Positions 1 through 15,117 of a stretch of DNA of 64,000 nucleotides are shown piece after piece. The notes beneath the pieces were generated by a model. It had not been told where the DNA came from. It made no database searches and saw only the letters and a list, made by a program, of their open reading frames with translations. The stretch lies in UHGV virus genome UHGV-0098755; one strand, 5' to 3'. This stretch comes from a virus. Within the stretch, counting starts at the first letter, position 1, and each line of letters starts with the position of its first letter. The translations under genes were made by a program, and so were the position numbers.

Positions 1-311
<311 letters not shown>

Positions 312-352
312 TAAATATTATAAACTAATTAAAGCCCAGATTAGGAGAAATC

Positions 353-3493
<3,141 letters not shown>

Positions 3494-3521
3494 TATTAAA
3501 GCATATTAAAGAGGATTAAAA

Positions 3522-5501
3522 ATGACTTTATTATCTCCGGGCATTGAGCTCAAAGAAACTACGGTTCAAAGCACCGTGGTTAATAACTCTACTGGTACAG
3601 CAGCTTTGGCCGGTAAATTCCAGTGGGGTCCTGCTTTTCAGATTAAACAGGTTACAAATGAAGTAGATTTAGTTAATACTTTTGGTCAACCAACCGCTGA
3701 AACTGCTGACTATTTTATGTCTGCGATGAATTTCTTGCAGTACGGAAATGACTTACGAGTAGTTCGTGCTGTTGATAGAGATACCGCTAAAAACTCATCT
3801 CCGATTGCCGGTAATATTGAATACACAATTTCTACCCCAGGTAGTAACTACGCAGTTGGAGATAAAATCACGGTCAAATATGTTTCAGATGCTATTGAAA
3901 CTGAAGGTAAAATTACTGAAGTAGACACAGATGGAAAAATTAAGAAAATTAATATTCCTACTGCAAAAATTATCGCTAAAGCTAAAGAAGTCGGTGAATA
4001 TCCGGAATTAGGTCCTAGCTGGACTGCGGAAATTTCTTCATCTTCCTCTGGTTTAGCTGCAGTAATAACTCTTGGAAAAATTATTACTGATTCTGGTATT
4101 TTATTAGCTGAAATTGAAAATGCTGAAGCTGCTATGACAGAGGTTGACTTTCAAGCAAATCTCGAAAAATATGGAATTCCAGGAGTAGTAGCTCTTTATC
4201 CAGGCGAATTAGGCGATAAAATTGAAGTTGAAATCGTATCTAAAGCTGACTACGCAAAAGGGGCTTCTGCATTACTGCCAATTTATCCAGGCGGTGGTAC
4301 TCGTGCATCTACTGCTAAAGCTGTGTTTGGATATGGACCACAAACTGATTCACAGTACGCTATTATAGTTCGTCGCAATGATGCTATTGTTCAAAGTGTT
4401 GTTCTTTCAACTAAGCGTGGTGAAAAAGATATTTACGATAGTAACATCTATATCGATGACTTTTTCGCAAAAGGTGGTTCAGAATATATTTTTGCAACTG
4501 CACAAAACTGGCCAGAAGGCTTCTCTGGAATTTTAACTCTGTCTGGTGGATTATCATCAAATGCTGAAGTAACAGCAGGAGATTTGATGGAAGCTTGGGA
4601 CTTCTTTGCTGACCGTGAATCCGTTGATGTTCAACTGTTTATTGCGGGTTCTTGTGCCGGTGAATCTTTAGAAACAGCATCTACTGTCCAAAAACACGTC
4701 GTTTCAATTGGGGATGCTCGTCAGGATTGCTTAGTATTATGCTCACCACCGCGTGAAACTGTAGTTGGAATTCCTGTAACTCGTGCTGTCGATAACTTAG
4801 TCAATTGGAGAACTGCAACTGGTTCATACACTGATAATAACTTTAATATCAGTTCAACCTATGCAGCAATTGATGGTAACTACAAATATCAGTATGACAA
4901 ATATAATGATGTAAATCGTTGGGTTCCATTAGCAGCTGATATTGCTGGTTTATGCGCAAGAACTGATAACGTTTCTCAGACTTGGATGTCTCCAGCTGGT
5001 TATAATCGTGGCCAGATTCTTAACGTTATTAAACTTGCTATTGAAACTCGTCAGGCTCAGCGCGACCGTTTATACCAAGAAGCTATCAACCCGGTAACCG
5101 GTACAGGTGGTGATGGTTACGTATTGTATGGTGATAAAACAGCTACTTCTGTTCCTTCTCCATTTGATCGTATTAACGTTCGTCGTCTGTTTAATATGTT
5201 GAAAACGAATATCGGACGTAGTTCAAAATATCGTTTGTTCGAATTAAACAACGCGTTTACTCGTTCATCATTCCGCACAGAAACTGCCCAATACTTACAG
5301 GGAATTAAAGCTCTCGGTGGAATTTATGAATATCTTGTAGTTTGCGATACAACAAATAATACTCCATCAGTAATTGATAGAAATGAGTTTGTTGCAACAT
5401 TCTACATCCAACCGGCTCGTAGTATAAATTATATCCAACTTAATTTCGTCGCAACTGCTACTGGTGCAGATTTCGATGAGTTAACTGGTCTTGCAGGTTA
5501 A
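3522..5501 (+). CDS. 18: tail sheath protein gp18 (659 aa)
   Basis: 659 aa as in T4 gp18; late promoter TATAAATA 3486-3493 and GAGG RBS upstream. Confidence 0.9.
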   Translation: MTLLSPGIELKETTVQSTVVNNSTGTAALAGKFQWGPAFQIKQVTNEVDLVNTFGQPTAETADYFMSAMNFLQYGNDLRVVRAVDRDTAKNSSPIAGNIEYTISTPGSNYAVGDKITVKYVSDAIETEGKITEVDTDGKIKKINIPTAKIIAKAKEVGEYPELGPSWTAEISSSSSGLAAVITLGKIITDSGILLAEIENAEAAMTEVDFQANLEKYGIPGVVALYPGELGDKIEVEIVSKADYAKGASALLPIYPGGGTRASTAKAVFGYGPQTDSQYAIIVRRNDAIVQSVVLSTKRGEKDIYDSNIYIDDFFAKGGSEYIFATAQNWPEGFSGILTLSGGLSSNAEVTAGDLMEAWDFFADRESVDVQLFIAGSCAGESLETASTVQKHVVSIGDARQDCLVLCSPPRETVVGIPVTRAVDNLVNWRTATGSYTDNNFNISSTYAAIDGNYKYQYDKYNDVNRWVPLAADIAGLCARTDNVSQTWMSPAGYNRGQILNVIKLAIETRQAQRDRLYQEAINPVTGTGGDGYVLYGDKTATSVPSPFDRINVRRLFNMLKTNIGRSSKYRLFELNNAFTRSSFRTETAQYLQGIKALGGIYEYLVVCDTTNNTPSVIDRNEFVATFYIQPARSINYIQLNFVATATGADFDELTGLAG

Positions 5502-5507
5502 TTGATA

Positions 5508-5523
5508 AGGGGCTTCGGCCCCT
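5508..5523 (+). terminator. GC-rich hairpin with UUCG tetraloop after gene 18
   Basis: AGGGGC-TTCG-GCCCCT, 7 nt after the gene 18 stop. Confidence 0.5.
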
Positions 5524-5539
5524 ATTCTCGAGGAATCAA

Positions 5540-6157
5540 GTGATTATTTCTAAATTCATTAAAGTAAAAATTGTACCATCAAATTTTAAACACTATCAAT
5601 CAAAGGGATATAAATTAGCACCTCTTGGGGCAGTTAAACACGGTTTTAAGTATTATGAAATTGATGTTAAAGTTGAAGACATTAAAGGTAGTACCGCGTA
5701 TGTAAAATGTCGTTGCGATAAATGTGGAATTGAATATAACCAACGCATTGGAAGAAACACTGATATTTGTTGTGATTGTCGCCATAAAGATAAAATGCAT
5801 AATAATTCATATGGTTCCGCGAATAAAGGAAAAACAGTAGAATGTATGCATGGCGTAAATCATCCAAGATGGAACCCAAATAAATCTGAAATGCGTGAAT
5901 ATATTTCATCGGTATATAGAGAAACTCGTAAGCATAGGAAAATTTGGTCAAAATGGCCGAATGCTGATAAGATAGGGGTGTGTGGTACAGAAGGTGCTTA
6001 TCAACTCGATCATAAAGTATCTATCAAATATGGATTTGATAATTTAATTCCGCCGGAAATTATAGCAAGCATAAAAAATTTAGAAATAATCACTTGGGAA
6101 TCTAACCGAGAAAAGTCAAAAAGAAATAGCGTAGATCTTTGGGATTTACTAGAATGA
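5540..6157 (+). CDS. free-standing HNH-type endonuclease with N-terminal Cys cluster (205 aa, GTG start)
   Basis: C-terminal HNH-like motif (YQLDHKVSIKYG...NLEIITWESNREKSKRN), N-terminal CRCDKCG...CCDCRH; GTG at 5540 with GAGG 7 nt upstream; inserted between genes 18 and 19. Confidence 0.6.
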   Translation: MIISKFIKVKIVPSNFKHYQSKGYKLAPLGAVKHGFKYYEIDVKVEDIKGSTAYVKCRCDKCGIEYNQRIGRNTDICCDCRHKDKMHNNSYGSANKGKTVECMHGVNHPRWNPNKSEMREYISSVYRETRKHRKIWSKWPNADKIGVCGTEGAYQLDHKVSIKYGFDNLIPPEIIASIKNLEIITWESNREKSKRNSVDLWDLLE

Positions 6158-6164
6158 TTCTAAA

Positions 6165-6182
6165 GGCCTGTTTCGGCAGGCC
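6165..6182 (+). terminator. hairpin after the HNH gene (GGCCTG ... CAGGCC)
   Basis: 6-bp GC-rich stem, UUCG-type loop, 8 nt after the stop. Confidence 0.45.
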
Positions 6183-6183
6183 A

Positions 6184-6191
6184 TATAAATA
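6184..6191 (+). promoter_or_regulatory. late promoter box TATAAATA (distal) upstream of gene 19
   Basis: Exact TATAAATA just after the hairpin that follows the HNH gene. Confidence 0.5.
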
Positions 6192-6242
6192 CACTATATC
6201 CTTAATTCTTTAATTCTATATGCCCTAGGTTAAACATAGGGA

Positions 6243-6250
6243 TATAAATA
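6243..6250 (+). promoter_or_regulatory. late promoter box TATAAATA (proximal) upstream of gene 19
   Basis: Exact TATAAATA 15 nt before the gene 19 ATG. Confidence 0.55.
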
Positions 6251-6264
6251 CTACAGAGGCTAAT

Positions 6265-6756
6265 ATGTTTGTAGATGATGTAACACGAGCGTTTGAATCT
6301 GGTGATTTTGCTCGACCTAACTTATTCCAAGTAGAAATTTCTTATCTTGGACAAAATTTTACGTTTCAATGTAAAGCCACTGCTTTACCAGCTGGTATTG
6401 TAGAAAAAATTCCAGTCGGATTTATGAACCGTAAAATTAACGTAGCAGGCGATCGTACATTCGATGACTGGACTGTTACAGTAATGAACGATGAGGCACA
6501 TGATGCTCGCCAGAAGTTCGTTGATTGGCAAAGCATTGCTGCGGGACAAGGAAACGAAATTACTGGTGGAAAACCTGCAGAGTATAAAAAGAGCGCTATC
6601 GTTCGTCAATATGCTCGTGACGCTAAAACAGTAACAAAAGAAATTGAAATTAAAGGTCTGTGGCCTACTAACGTGGGTGAACTTCAATTAGATTGGGATT
6701 CAAACAATGAAATCCAAACCTTTGAAGTAACTCTCGCTCTCGATTATTGGGAATAA
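6265..6756 (+). CDS. 19: tail tube protein gp19 (163 aa)
   Basis: 163 aa as in T4 gp19; two TATAAATA late promoters upstream. Confidence 0.9.
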   Translation: MFVDDVTRAFESGDFARPNLFQVEISYLGQNFTFQCKATALPAGIVEKIPVGFMNRKINVAGDRTFDDWTVTVMNDEAHDARQKFVDWQSIAAGQGNEITGGKPAEYKKSAIVRQYARDAKTVTKEIEIKGLWPTNVGELQLDWDSNNEIQTFEVTLALDYWE

Positions 6757-6761
6757 AATGA

Positions 6762-6779
6762 ATGGGGAGAAATCCCCAT
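6762..6779 (+). terminator. hairpin with GAAA tetraloop after gene 19
   Basis: ATGGGGA-GAAA-TCCCCAT. Confidence 0.45.
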
Positions 6780-6788
6780 CCTGCTTAA

Positions 6789-8413
<1,625 letters not shown>

Positions 8414-8414
<1 letters not shown>

Positions 8415-8656
8415 TGGAAGGTTTAATTGAAGCTATTAAATCAAACGACCTCGTAGCCGCTCGTAAATTATTTGCTGAAGCCATGGCTGCAAGAACGATT
8501 GATTTAATTAAAGAAGAAAAAATCGCTATCGCTCGTAATTTCTTAATCGAAGGTGAAGAACCTGAAGACGAGGATGATGACGAAGATGGTGATGATAAAG
8601 ACGACAAAAAAGACAAAGACTCTGACGAAGATGACGAAGACGAGGATGATGAATAA
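8414..8656 (+). CDS. 67: prohead core protein gp67 (80 aa) with poly-acidic C-terminus
   Basis: 80 aa, extremely acidic C-terminal tail, position between 20 and 68. Confidence 0.8.
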
Positions 8657-9081
8657 TGCTTCTGATCCCTGAAACTCATGAATTAGTTCTCGAGAATGTC
8701 GAAGCACTTATTCCTGAAGCACAGGGTCGCTTTGACGAATTGTCTTCTGCTTTAAATAAAGACGATATAAATACAATTGTCGAGAATATGCTTGATGATG
8801 AAACTGATTTAGCGGTTGCATTAGCTTCTATTAATGAAAATATGCCGTTAAATGAATTCATCGTTAAACATGTTTCCGCCCGTGGTGAAATTACTCGCAC
8901 TAAAGATCGCAAAACCCGCGAACGAAATGCATTTCAAACCACTGGGCTGTCTAAAGCAAAACGTAGACAAATTGCCCGTAAAGCTACCAAAACGAAGATT
9001 GCCAATCCAGCAGGTCAATCTCGTGCTCAGCGTAAGCGTAAAAAAGCTCTTAAACGCCGTAAAGCATTAGGATTAAGCTAA
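8656..9081 (+). CDS. 68: prohead core protein gp68 (141 aa)
   Basis: 141 aa, basic C-terminus, synteny 67-68-21. Confidence 0.8.
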
Positions 9082-9719
9082 TGAATGAACCCCAATTACT
9101 AATTGAAACTTGGGGTCAACCTGGCGAAATTATTGATGGCGTGCCAATGCTTGAATCTCATGATGGAAAAGACTTAGGTTTAAAACCGGGTTTATACATC
9201 GAAGGAATATTCATGCAAGCGGAAGTTGTCAATAGAAATAAACGTCTTTATCCAAAACGTATATTAGAAAAAGCGGTAAAAGACTATATTAATGAGCAAG
9301 TTTTAACTAAACAAGCTCTCGGAGAATTAAATCATCCTCCACGCGCTAATGTTGACCCGATGCAAGCCGCTATCATTATAGAAGATATGTGGTGGAAAGG
9401 AAATGACGTATACGGACGAGCTCGTGTTATTGAAGGTGACCATGGTCCTGGAGATAAATTAGCAGCTAATATTCGTGCCGGATGGATTCCAGGAGTTTCT
9501 TCTCGTGGATTAGGTTCATTGACTGACACAAATAAAGGTTATCGTATCGTAAACGAAGGATTCAAATTAACTGTAGGTGTTGATGCGGTATGGGGTCCAA
9601 GTGCTCCAGATGCATGGGTAACTCCTAAGGAAATTACCGAATCACAGACGGCGGAAGCCGATACAAGTGCCGATGACGCCTATATGGCTCTCGCAGAGGC
9701 CATGAAAAAAGCGTTATAA
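9081..9719 (+). CDS. 21: prohead core protease gp21 (212 aa)
   Basis: 212 aa; position between 68 and 22. Confidence 0.85.
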   Translation: MNEPQLLIETWGQPGEIIDGVPMLESHDGKDLGLKPGLYIEGIFMQAEVVNRNKRLYPKRILEKAVKDYINEQVLTKQALGELNHPPRANVDPMQAAIIIEDMWWKGNDVYGRARVIEGDHGPGDKLAANIRAGWIPGVSSRGLGSLTDTNKGYRIVNEGFKLTVGVDAVWGPSAPDAWVTPKEITESQTAEADTSADDAYMALAEAMKKAL

Positions 9720-9749
9720 ATATTATTATCTAAACAACAGGACTACAAA

Positions 9750-10559
9750 ATGCTTAAAGAACAACTGATTGCTGAAGCGCAAAAAATTGATGCTTCCGTT
9801 GCTCTTGATAGTATTTTCGAATCAGTTAATATTTCTCCGGAAGCAAAAGAAACTTTCGGCACTGTATTCGAAGCTACCGTCAAGCAGCACGCCGTTAAAT
9901 TAGCTGAATCTCATATCGCTAAAATTGCTGAAAAAGCAGAAGAAGAAGTAGAAAAAAATAAAGAAGAAGCCGAAGAAAAAGCTGAGAAGAAAATCGCTGA
10001 GCAAGCTTCTAAATTCATCGACCATCTTGCGAAAGAATGGCTCGCTGAAAATAAATTAGCAGTTGATAAAGGCATCAAAGCCGAACTGTTTGAATCCATG
10101 CTTGGTGGATTAAAAGAGCTCTTTGTTGAACACAACGTTGTTGTTCCAGAAGAATCAGTTGATATTGTAGCTGAAATGGAAGAAGAGCTGCAAGAACATA
10201 AAGAAGAATCAGCTCGTCTGTTCGAAGAACTCAGCATGCGCGACGCATATATCAATTATGTGCAGCGTGAAGTGGCATTGAGCGAAAGTACTAAAGATCT
10301 GACTGAGTCTCAAAAAGAAAAAGTCTCTGCTCTGGTCGAAGGTATGGATTATTCAGATGAATTCTCAAGTAAATTGAGTGCCATCGTAGAAATGGTGAAG
10401 AAGTCTAATAAAGATGAAAGCACTATTACTGAGGGTATAAATACTCCTGATACTGAAGCAGCCGGACTGAATTTCGTCACTGAAGCTGTAGAAGATAAAG
10501 CTGCACCTGGTGCAGAAGATATTGTAAGTGTATATGCGAAAGTCGCATCTCGTTTCTAA
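9750..10559 (+). CDS. 22: prohead scaffolding core protein gp22 (269 aa)
   Basis: 269 aa, Glu/Lys-rich helical protein upstream of gene 23. Confidence 0.85.
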   Translation: MLKEQLIAEAQKIDASVALDSIFESVNISPEAKETFGTVFEATVKQHAVKLAESHIAKIAEKAEEEVEKNKEEAEEKAEKKIAEQASKFIDHLAKEWLAENKLAVDKGIKAELFESMLGGLKELFVEHNVVVPEESVDIVAEMEEELQEHKEESARLFEELSMRDAYINYVQREVALSESTKDLTESQKEKVSALVEGMDYSDEFSSKLSAIVEMVKKSNKDESTITEGINTPDTEAAGLNFVTEAVEDKAAPGAEDIVSVYAKVASRF

Positions 10560-10577
10560 TTTTAAAGGTTAACACAA

Positions 10578-12143
10578 ATGACTATCAAAACTAAAGCTGA
10601 ACTTTTGAACAAATGGAAGCCATTACTGGAAGGTGAAGGTTTACCGGAAATTGCTAATAGCAAACAAGCGATTATCGCTAAAATCTTTGAAAACCAGGAA
10701 AAAGATTTCCAGACAGCTCCGGAATATAAAGACGAAAAAATTGCTCAGGCATTCGGTTCTTTCTTAACAGAAGCTGAAATCGGTGGTGACCACGGTTACA
10801 ATGCTACCAACATCGCTGCAGGTCAGACTTCTGGCGCAGTAACTCAGATTGGCCCAGCTGTTATGGGTATGGTACGTCGTGCTATTCCTAACCTGATTGC
10901 TTTCGATATTTGCGGTGTTCAGCCGATGAACAGCCCGACTGGCCAGGTATTCGCACTGCGTGCAGTATACGGTAAAGACCCGGTCGCTTCTGGTGCTAAA
11001 GAAGCATTCCACCCAATGTATGGTCCAGATGCAATGTTCTCTGGTCAGGGTGCTGCTAAGAAATTCACAGCTCTGGCTGCTAGCACACAAACCGTTGTAG
11101 GTGATATCTATACTCACTTCTTCCAGGAAACTGGTACTGTGTATCTGCAAGCTTCCGCTGTAGTAACAATTAGTTCAAGCGCAACTGATGCAGATAAATT
11201 AGATGCTGAAATTAAGAAACAAATGGAAGCTGGTGCACTGGTAGAAATCGCTGAAGGTATGGCTACTTCTATCGCTGAACTCCAGGAAGGTTTCAACGGT
11301 TCTACCGATAACCCATGGAATGAAATGGGCTTCCGTATCGATAAACAAGTTATCGAAGCTAAATCTCGCCAGCTGAAAGCTGCTTACTCTATCGAATTAG
11401 CACAAGACCTCCGCGCTGTTCACGGTATGGATGCTGATGCTGAACTGTCTGGTATTCTGGCTACAGAAATTATGCTGGAAATCAACCGTGAAGTTGTTGA
11501 TTGGATTAACTACTCCGCTCAGGTTGGTAAATCTGGTATGACCCTGACTCCAGGTTCTAAAGCTGGTGTATTTGACTTCCAGGATCCGATTGATATTCGT
11601 GGTGCTCGCTGGGCGGGTGAATCCTTTAAAGCTCTGTTGTTCCAGATTGACAAAGAAGCAGTTGAAATTGCTCGTCAGACCGGTCGTGGTGAAGGTAACT
11701 TCATTATCGCTTCCCGTAACGTAGTTAACGTTCTGGCTTCAGTTGATACCGGCATTTCTTATGCTGCACAAGGTCTGGCTACCGGCTTTAACACTGATAC
11801 TACCAAGTCAGTATTTGCTGGTGTTCTGGGTGGTAAATACCGTGTATATATCGACCAGTATGCTAAACAGGATTATTTCACTGTAGGTTATAAAGGTCCG
11901 AACGAAATGGATGCTGGTATTTACTATGCTCCATATGTAGCTCTGACTCCGCTGCGTGGTTCCGATCCGAAGAACTTCCAACCAGTAATGGGATTCAAAA
12001 CTCGTTACGGTATCGGTATCAACCCATTTGCAGAATCCGCTGCTCAGGCTCCGGCTTCTCGCATTCAAAGCGGTATGCCTTCTATTCTGAATAGCCTTGG
12101 TAAAAACGCTTACTTTAGACGTGTATATGTTAAAGGTATCTAA
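10578..12143 (+). CDS. 23: major capsid protein gp23 (521 aa)
   Basis: N-terminus MTIKTKAELLNKWKPLLEGEGLPEIANSKQAIIAKIFENQEKDF... recognised as T4 gp23; 521 aa. Confidence 0.95.
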   Translation: MTIKTKAELLNKWKPLLEGEGLPEIANSKQAIIAKIFENQEKDFQTAPEYKDEKIAQAFGSFLTEAEIGGDHGYNATNIAAGQTSGAVTQIGPAVMGMVRRAIPNLIAFDICGVQPMNSPTGQVFALRAVYGKDPVASGAKEAFHPMYGPDAMFSGQGAAKKFTALAASTQTVVGDIYTHFFQETGTVYLQASAVVTISSSATDADKLDAEIKKQMEAGALVEIAEGMATSIAELQEGFNGSTDNPWNEMGFRIDKQVIEAKSRQLKAAYSIELAQDLRAVHGMDADAELSGILATEIMLEINREVVDWINYSAQVGKSGMTLTPGSKAGVFDFQDPIDIRGARWAGESFKALLFQIDKEAVEIARQTGRGEGNFIIASRNVVNVLASVDTGISYAAQGLATGFNTDTTKSVFAGVLGGKYRVYIDQYAKQDYFTVGYKGPNEMDAGIYYAPYVALTPLRGSDPKNFQPVMGFKTRYGIGINPFAESAAQAPASRIQSGMPSILNSLGKNAYFRRVYVKGI

Positions 12144-12157
12144 TCTTTGACGATTTA

Positions 12158-12177
12158 AGGGACCTTCGGGTCCCTTT
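12158..12177 (+). terminator. intrinsic-terminator-like hairpin (UUCG loop, T-run) after gene 23
   Basis: AAGGGACC-TTCG-GGTCCCTT followed by T-rich sequence. Confidence 0.65.
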
Positions 12178-12191
12178 AGTTGTTTTTATGG

Positions 12192-12199
12192 TATAAATA
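12192..12199 (+). promoter_or_regulatory. late promoter box TATAAATA upstream of gene 24
   Basis: Exact TATAAATA between the gene 23 terminator hairpin and the gene 24 ATG. Confidence 0.6.
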
Positions 12200-12226
12200 A
12201 ATCATATAAACCAAAAGGAAAGCGCA

Positions 12227-13510
12227 ATGGCTAAAATCAACGAACTTCTGCGCGAATCAACCACAACGAATAGCAACTCAATCGGTCGCCCAAATCTCGT
12301 TGCTTTGACTCGCGCTACCACTAAATTAATATATTCTGACATTGTAGCAACGCAAAGAACTAATCAACCTGTTGCTGCTTTTTATGGTATCAAATACCTT
12401 AACCCAGATAATGAATTTACATTTAAAACTGGTGCTACTTACGCTGGCGAAGCTGGATATGTAGACCGAGAACAAATCACAGAATTAACAGAAGAGTCTA
12501 AATTAACTCTCAATAAAGGCGATTTATTCAAATATAATAATATCGTTTATAAAGTATTAGAAGATACACCATTTGCTACCATTGAAGAAAGCGATTTAGA
12601 ATTAGCTCTTCAGATTGCAATCGTTCTTTTAAAGGTTCGTCTATTTTCTGATGCAGCGTCAACAAGCAAATTTGAAAGCTCTGATAGCGAAATTGCTGAT
12701 GCTAGATTCCAGATTAATAAATGGCAAACCGCAGTTAAATCTCGTAAACTTAAAACTGGTATCACAGTTGAATTAGCACAAGATTTAGAAGCAAACGGAT
12801 TCGATGCTCCTAATTTCTTGGAAGATTTGCTTGCAACTGAAATGGCAGATGAAATCAATAAAGATATTCTACAGTCTTTGATTACAGTGTCAAAACGCTA
12901 TAAAGTTACAGGAATTACTGATACTGGATTCATTGATTTGAGTTATGCATCTGCACCTGAAGCTGGTCGTTCATTATACCGAATGGTGTGTGAAATGGTT
13001 TCGCATATCCAAAAAGAATCAACTTATACAGCAACGTTCTGTGTTGCTTCAGCTCGTGCTGCTGCGATTCTTGCTGCATCAGGTTGGTTAAAACATAAAC
13101 CAGAAGATGACAAATATCTTTCACAAAATGCCTACGGGTTCTTAGCTAATGGTTTACCGCTTTATTGCGATACTAACAGCCCATTAGATTATGTAATCGT
13201 TGGCGTAGTAGAAAATATCGGTGAAAAAGAAATTGTCGGTTCAATTTTCTATGCTCCGTATACAGAAGGTCTTGACTTAGATGACCCTGAACATGTAGGT
13301 GCATTTAAAGTTGTAGTTGATCCAGAAAGTTTGCAGCCATCTATCGGTTTATTGGTTAGATATGCTTTATCTGCAAATCCTTACACTGTAGCAAAAGATG
13401 AAAAAGAAGCAAGAATAATTGATGGTGGAGACATGGATAAAATGGCGGGTCGTTCAGATTTGTCTGTTTTATTAGGTGTTAAGCTACCAAAAATTATTGT
13501 TGATGAATAA
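12227..13510 (+). CDS. 24: capsid vertex protein gp24 (427 aa)
   Basis: N-terminus MAKINELLRESTTTNSNSIGRPNLVALTRATTKL... recognised as T4 gp24; late promoter 12192-12199. Confidence 0.9.
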   Translation: MAKINELLRESTTTNSNSIGRPNLVALTRATTKLIYSDIVATQRTNQPVAAFYGIKYLNPDNEFTFKTGATYAGEAGYVDREQITELTEESKLTLNKGDLFKYNNIVYKVLEDTPFATIEESDLELALQIAIVLLKVRLFSDAASTSKFESSDSEIADARFQINKWQTAVKSRKLKTGITVELAQDLEANGFDAPNFLEDLLATEMADEINKDILQSLITVSKRYKVTGITDTGFIDLSYASAPEAGRSLYRMVCEMVSHIQKESTYTATFCVASARAAAILAASGWLKHKPEDDKYLSQNAYGFLANGLPLYCDTNSPLDYVIVGVVENIGEKEIVGSIFYAPYTEGLDLDDPEHVGAFKVVVDPESLQPSIGLLVRYALSANPYTVAKDEKEARIIDGGDMDKMAGRSDLSVLLGVKLPKIIVDE

Positions 13511-13513
13511 AAC

Positions 13514-13535
13514 AAAGGGACCTTTCGGTCCCTTT
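13514..13535. terminator. bidirectional terminator hairpin between convergent genes 24 and rnlB
   Basis: AAAGGGACC-TTTC-GGTCCCTTT flanked by A-run and T-run. Confidence 0.65.
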
Positions 13536-13539
13536 TTAT

Positions 13540-14538
13540 TTAACTTACCAATTCAATCCAAGCCGGACGAAGTACATCTTGTACCATTTTAACTAATTCC
13601 TTTTTAATCAAAGAAGGATTATCCGCTTGAGTTAGAGTAATACCTTCACGAGAAGTTTCTTCCAAAATATCTTGAACAGTTAGTCCCATCACCTTTCCAA
13701 AATCCTTCGGACCAATTTCGCCAATTTTAGAAATAACGTTATTTACTCGGTTCAGTGTAACGTAGCAAGCTAAAATTCCCAGCAATTTATTATCAGCTTC
13801 TGATAGCTCAACTTTAGCTTTAATAGGCTTATCGGACTTTTTCTTTTCACTGAATTTAGAATTCTTGCATTTAATTGCTACGCGATTTCCATTTGGAAGC
13901 CAAGAAGGATAGCATGGTTTAAGGACATATCCTTCGCAAACATTATCAGAAGGTAATTCAAGTTCCCATGAACGAGAGTTAGCTTGTTTATGGTCAACCT
14001 TAAACATAGAATTATAACGATGAGTTAAAATCTGGAATTCATTAGGAATCTTAATTAGTTCTTCAAATTTACCACGACCCAAAAGTGGAGCCATTTTAAA
14101 TTTAAATGTATTGCAGAATGATTCCATCATATAATCGTCGACATAAGTCACATCACCGCTTTCGGTAGTAACAATGATGTCAAATACATAAAAATCTTTA
14201 TCGCCATAATCGACATTCTTCTGAATGCCAGGTCCAGCGAATTCGCCAAAGACTTGATAAGATACCACTGCCGAAGTTTCCATAATATCTTGTACTGCTT
14301 TAATGGAATCAGCGTAATTCTTTAGAATAATTTCATACCCAAAGAAATCTTCAGCAGGAAGAATCGGTCCAGTACGTTTAGCACAAGTTGCTTTATCGCG
14401 CTCAATAATCAACGAGAAATTTGTACCATGAATCTTTTCACGAGCTACCCATTCGCCGCCAGTCAATCCCAAGCTGTAAAGTTTTTCAATAAATTTAGAG
14501 TTGTAATGATTTTCAAGACTGCTATACTTTTTAAACAT
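13540..14538 (-). CDS. rnlB: RNA ligase 2 (332 aa)
   Basis: Nucleotidyltransferase motif I KIHGTN near N-terminus; position after gene 24 on opposite strand. Confidence 0.8.
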   Translation of the reverse strand: MFKKYSSLENHYNSKFIEKLYSLGLTGGEWVAREKIHGTNFSLIIERDKATCAKRTGPILPAEDFFGYEIILKNYADSIKAVQDIMETSAVVSYQVFGEFAGPGIQKNVDYGDKDFYVFDIIVTTESGDVTYVDDYMMESFCNTFKFKMAPLLGRGKFEELIKIPNEFQILTHRYNSMFKVDHKQANSRSWELELPSDNVCEGYVLKPCYPSWLPNGNRVAIKCKNSKFSEKKKSDKPIKAKVELSEADNKLLGILACYVTLNRVNNVISKIGEIGPKDFGKVMGLTVQDILEETSREGITLTQADNPSLIKKELVKMVQDVLRPAWIELVS

Positions 14539-14547
14539 AATTAATCC

Positions 14548-14826
14548 TCAAAATGTAATTTCTAACCAATCACCATCACGCTGATCACTATTGACTTTAA
14601 AGCTGAATCCTTCTTTTCTCAGCCAATCACCAATTTCTTCAGTAATCAATTTATCACGAGCAATACAATAATAATTAAAATGTGTTTTACCTTGTTCAGC
14701 TGCTTTATTAGCAAGTTCCGAAAAATCTTTAATAAAACACTCTAGCTTAAACTGTTTACTTTTGAATGCTTTTTCTCGCAATTGATTAGCAAAAGATTCA
14801 TTTTCATAAAGATCATACTGTTCCAT
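14548..14826 (-). CDS. hypothetical protein (92 aa), position of T4 24.2
   Basis: ATG start, ORF packed between rnlB and the next ORF. Confidence 0.5.
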   Translation of the reverse strand: MEQYDLYENESFANQLREKAFKSKQFKLECFIKDFSELANKAAEQGKTHFNYYCIARDKLITEEIGDWLRKEGFSFKVNSDQRDGDWLEITF

Positions 14827-15028
14827 TTTTCACCTTTTTATTGATATGTCTTTTTCTATAGACAACTTTTTCTCGAGTTTCAAATTTATTTTTAGCAGTC
14901 ATAGCTCGAGCCCATAATACAGCCACTTCTTTTGCCTGTAAGTTCAATTCACGAGCAATTTCAATGAATGACTTTCCAGACTCATGGAGTGTAAACACCA
15001 CAACCTCAGTTCTCATAATCAATCTCAT
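14813..15028 (-). CDS. hypothetical small basic protein (71 aa), possible HTH; position of T4 24.3
   Basis: ATG start; overlaps the downstream ORF by 14 nt. Confidence 0.45.
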   Translation of the reverse strand: MRLIMRTEVVVFTLHESGKSFIEIARELNLQAKEVAVLWARAMTAKNKFETREKVVYRKRHINKKVKNGTV

Positions 15029-15096
15029 GTTATCGAGTTGGTGCCATTATATACATCATTTTCTGATTGTGTTTTGTGTGCTTTCAAAATGAAGAA

Positions 15097-15112
15097 AGGG
15101 GCCGAAGCCCCT
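15097..15112 (-). terminator. hairpin (UUCG loop on - strand) after hoc
   Basis: AGGGGC-CGAA-GCCCCT on +, 5 nt beyond the hoc stop. Confidence 0.5.
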
Positions 15113-15117
15113 TATGA

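Noticed and set aside
9911-10255. - strand 114-aa Ser-rich ORF inside gene 22
   Set aside because: Antisense to the Glu/Lys-rich scaffold gene; no RBS; composition artefact.
10764-11296. - strand ORFs (128 and 60 aa) inside gene 23
   Set aside because: Embedded antisense in the major capsid gene, which is confidently identified; no start signals.
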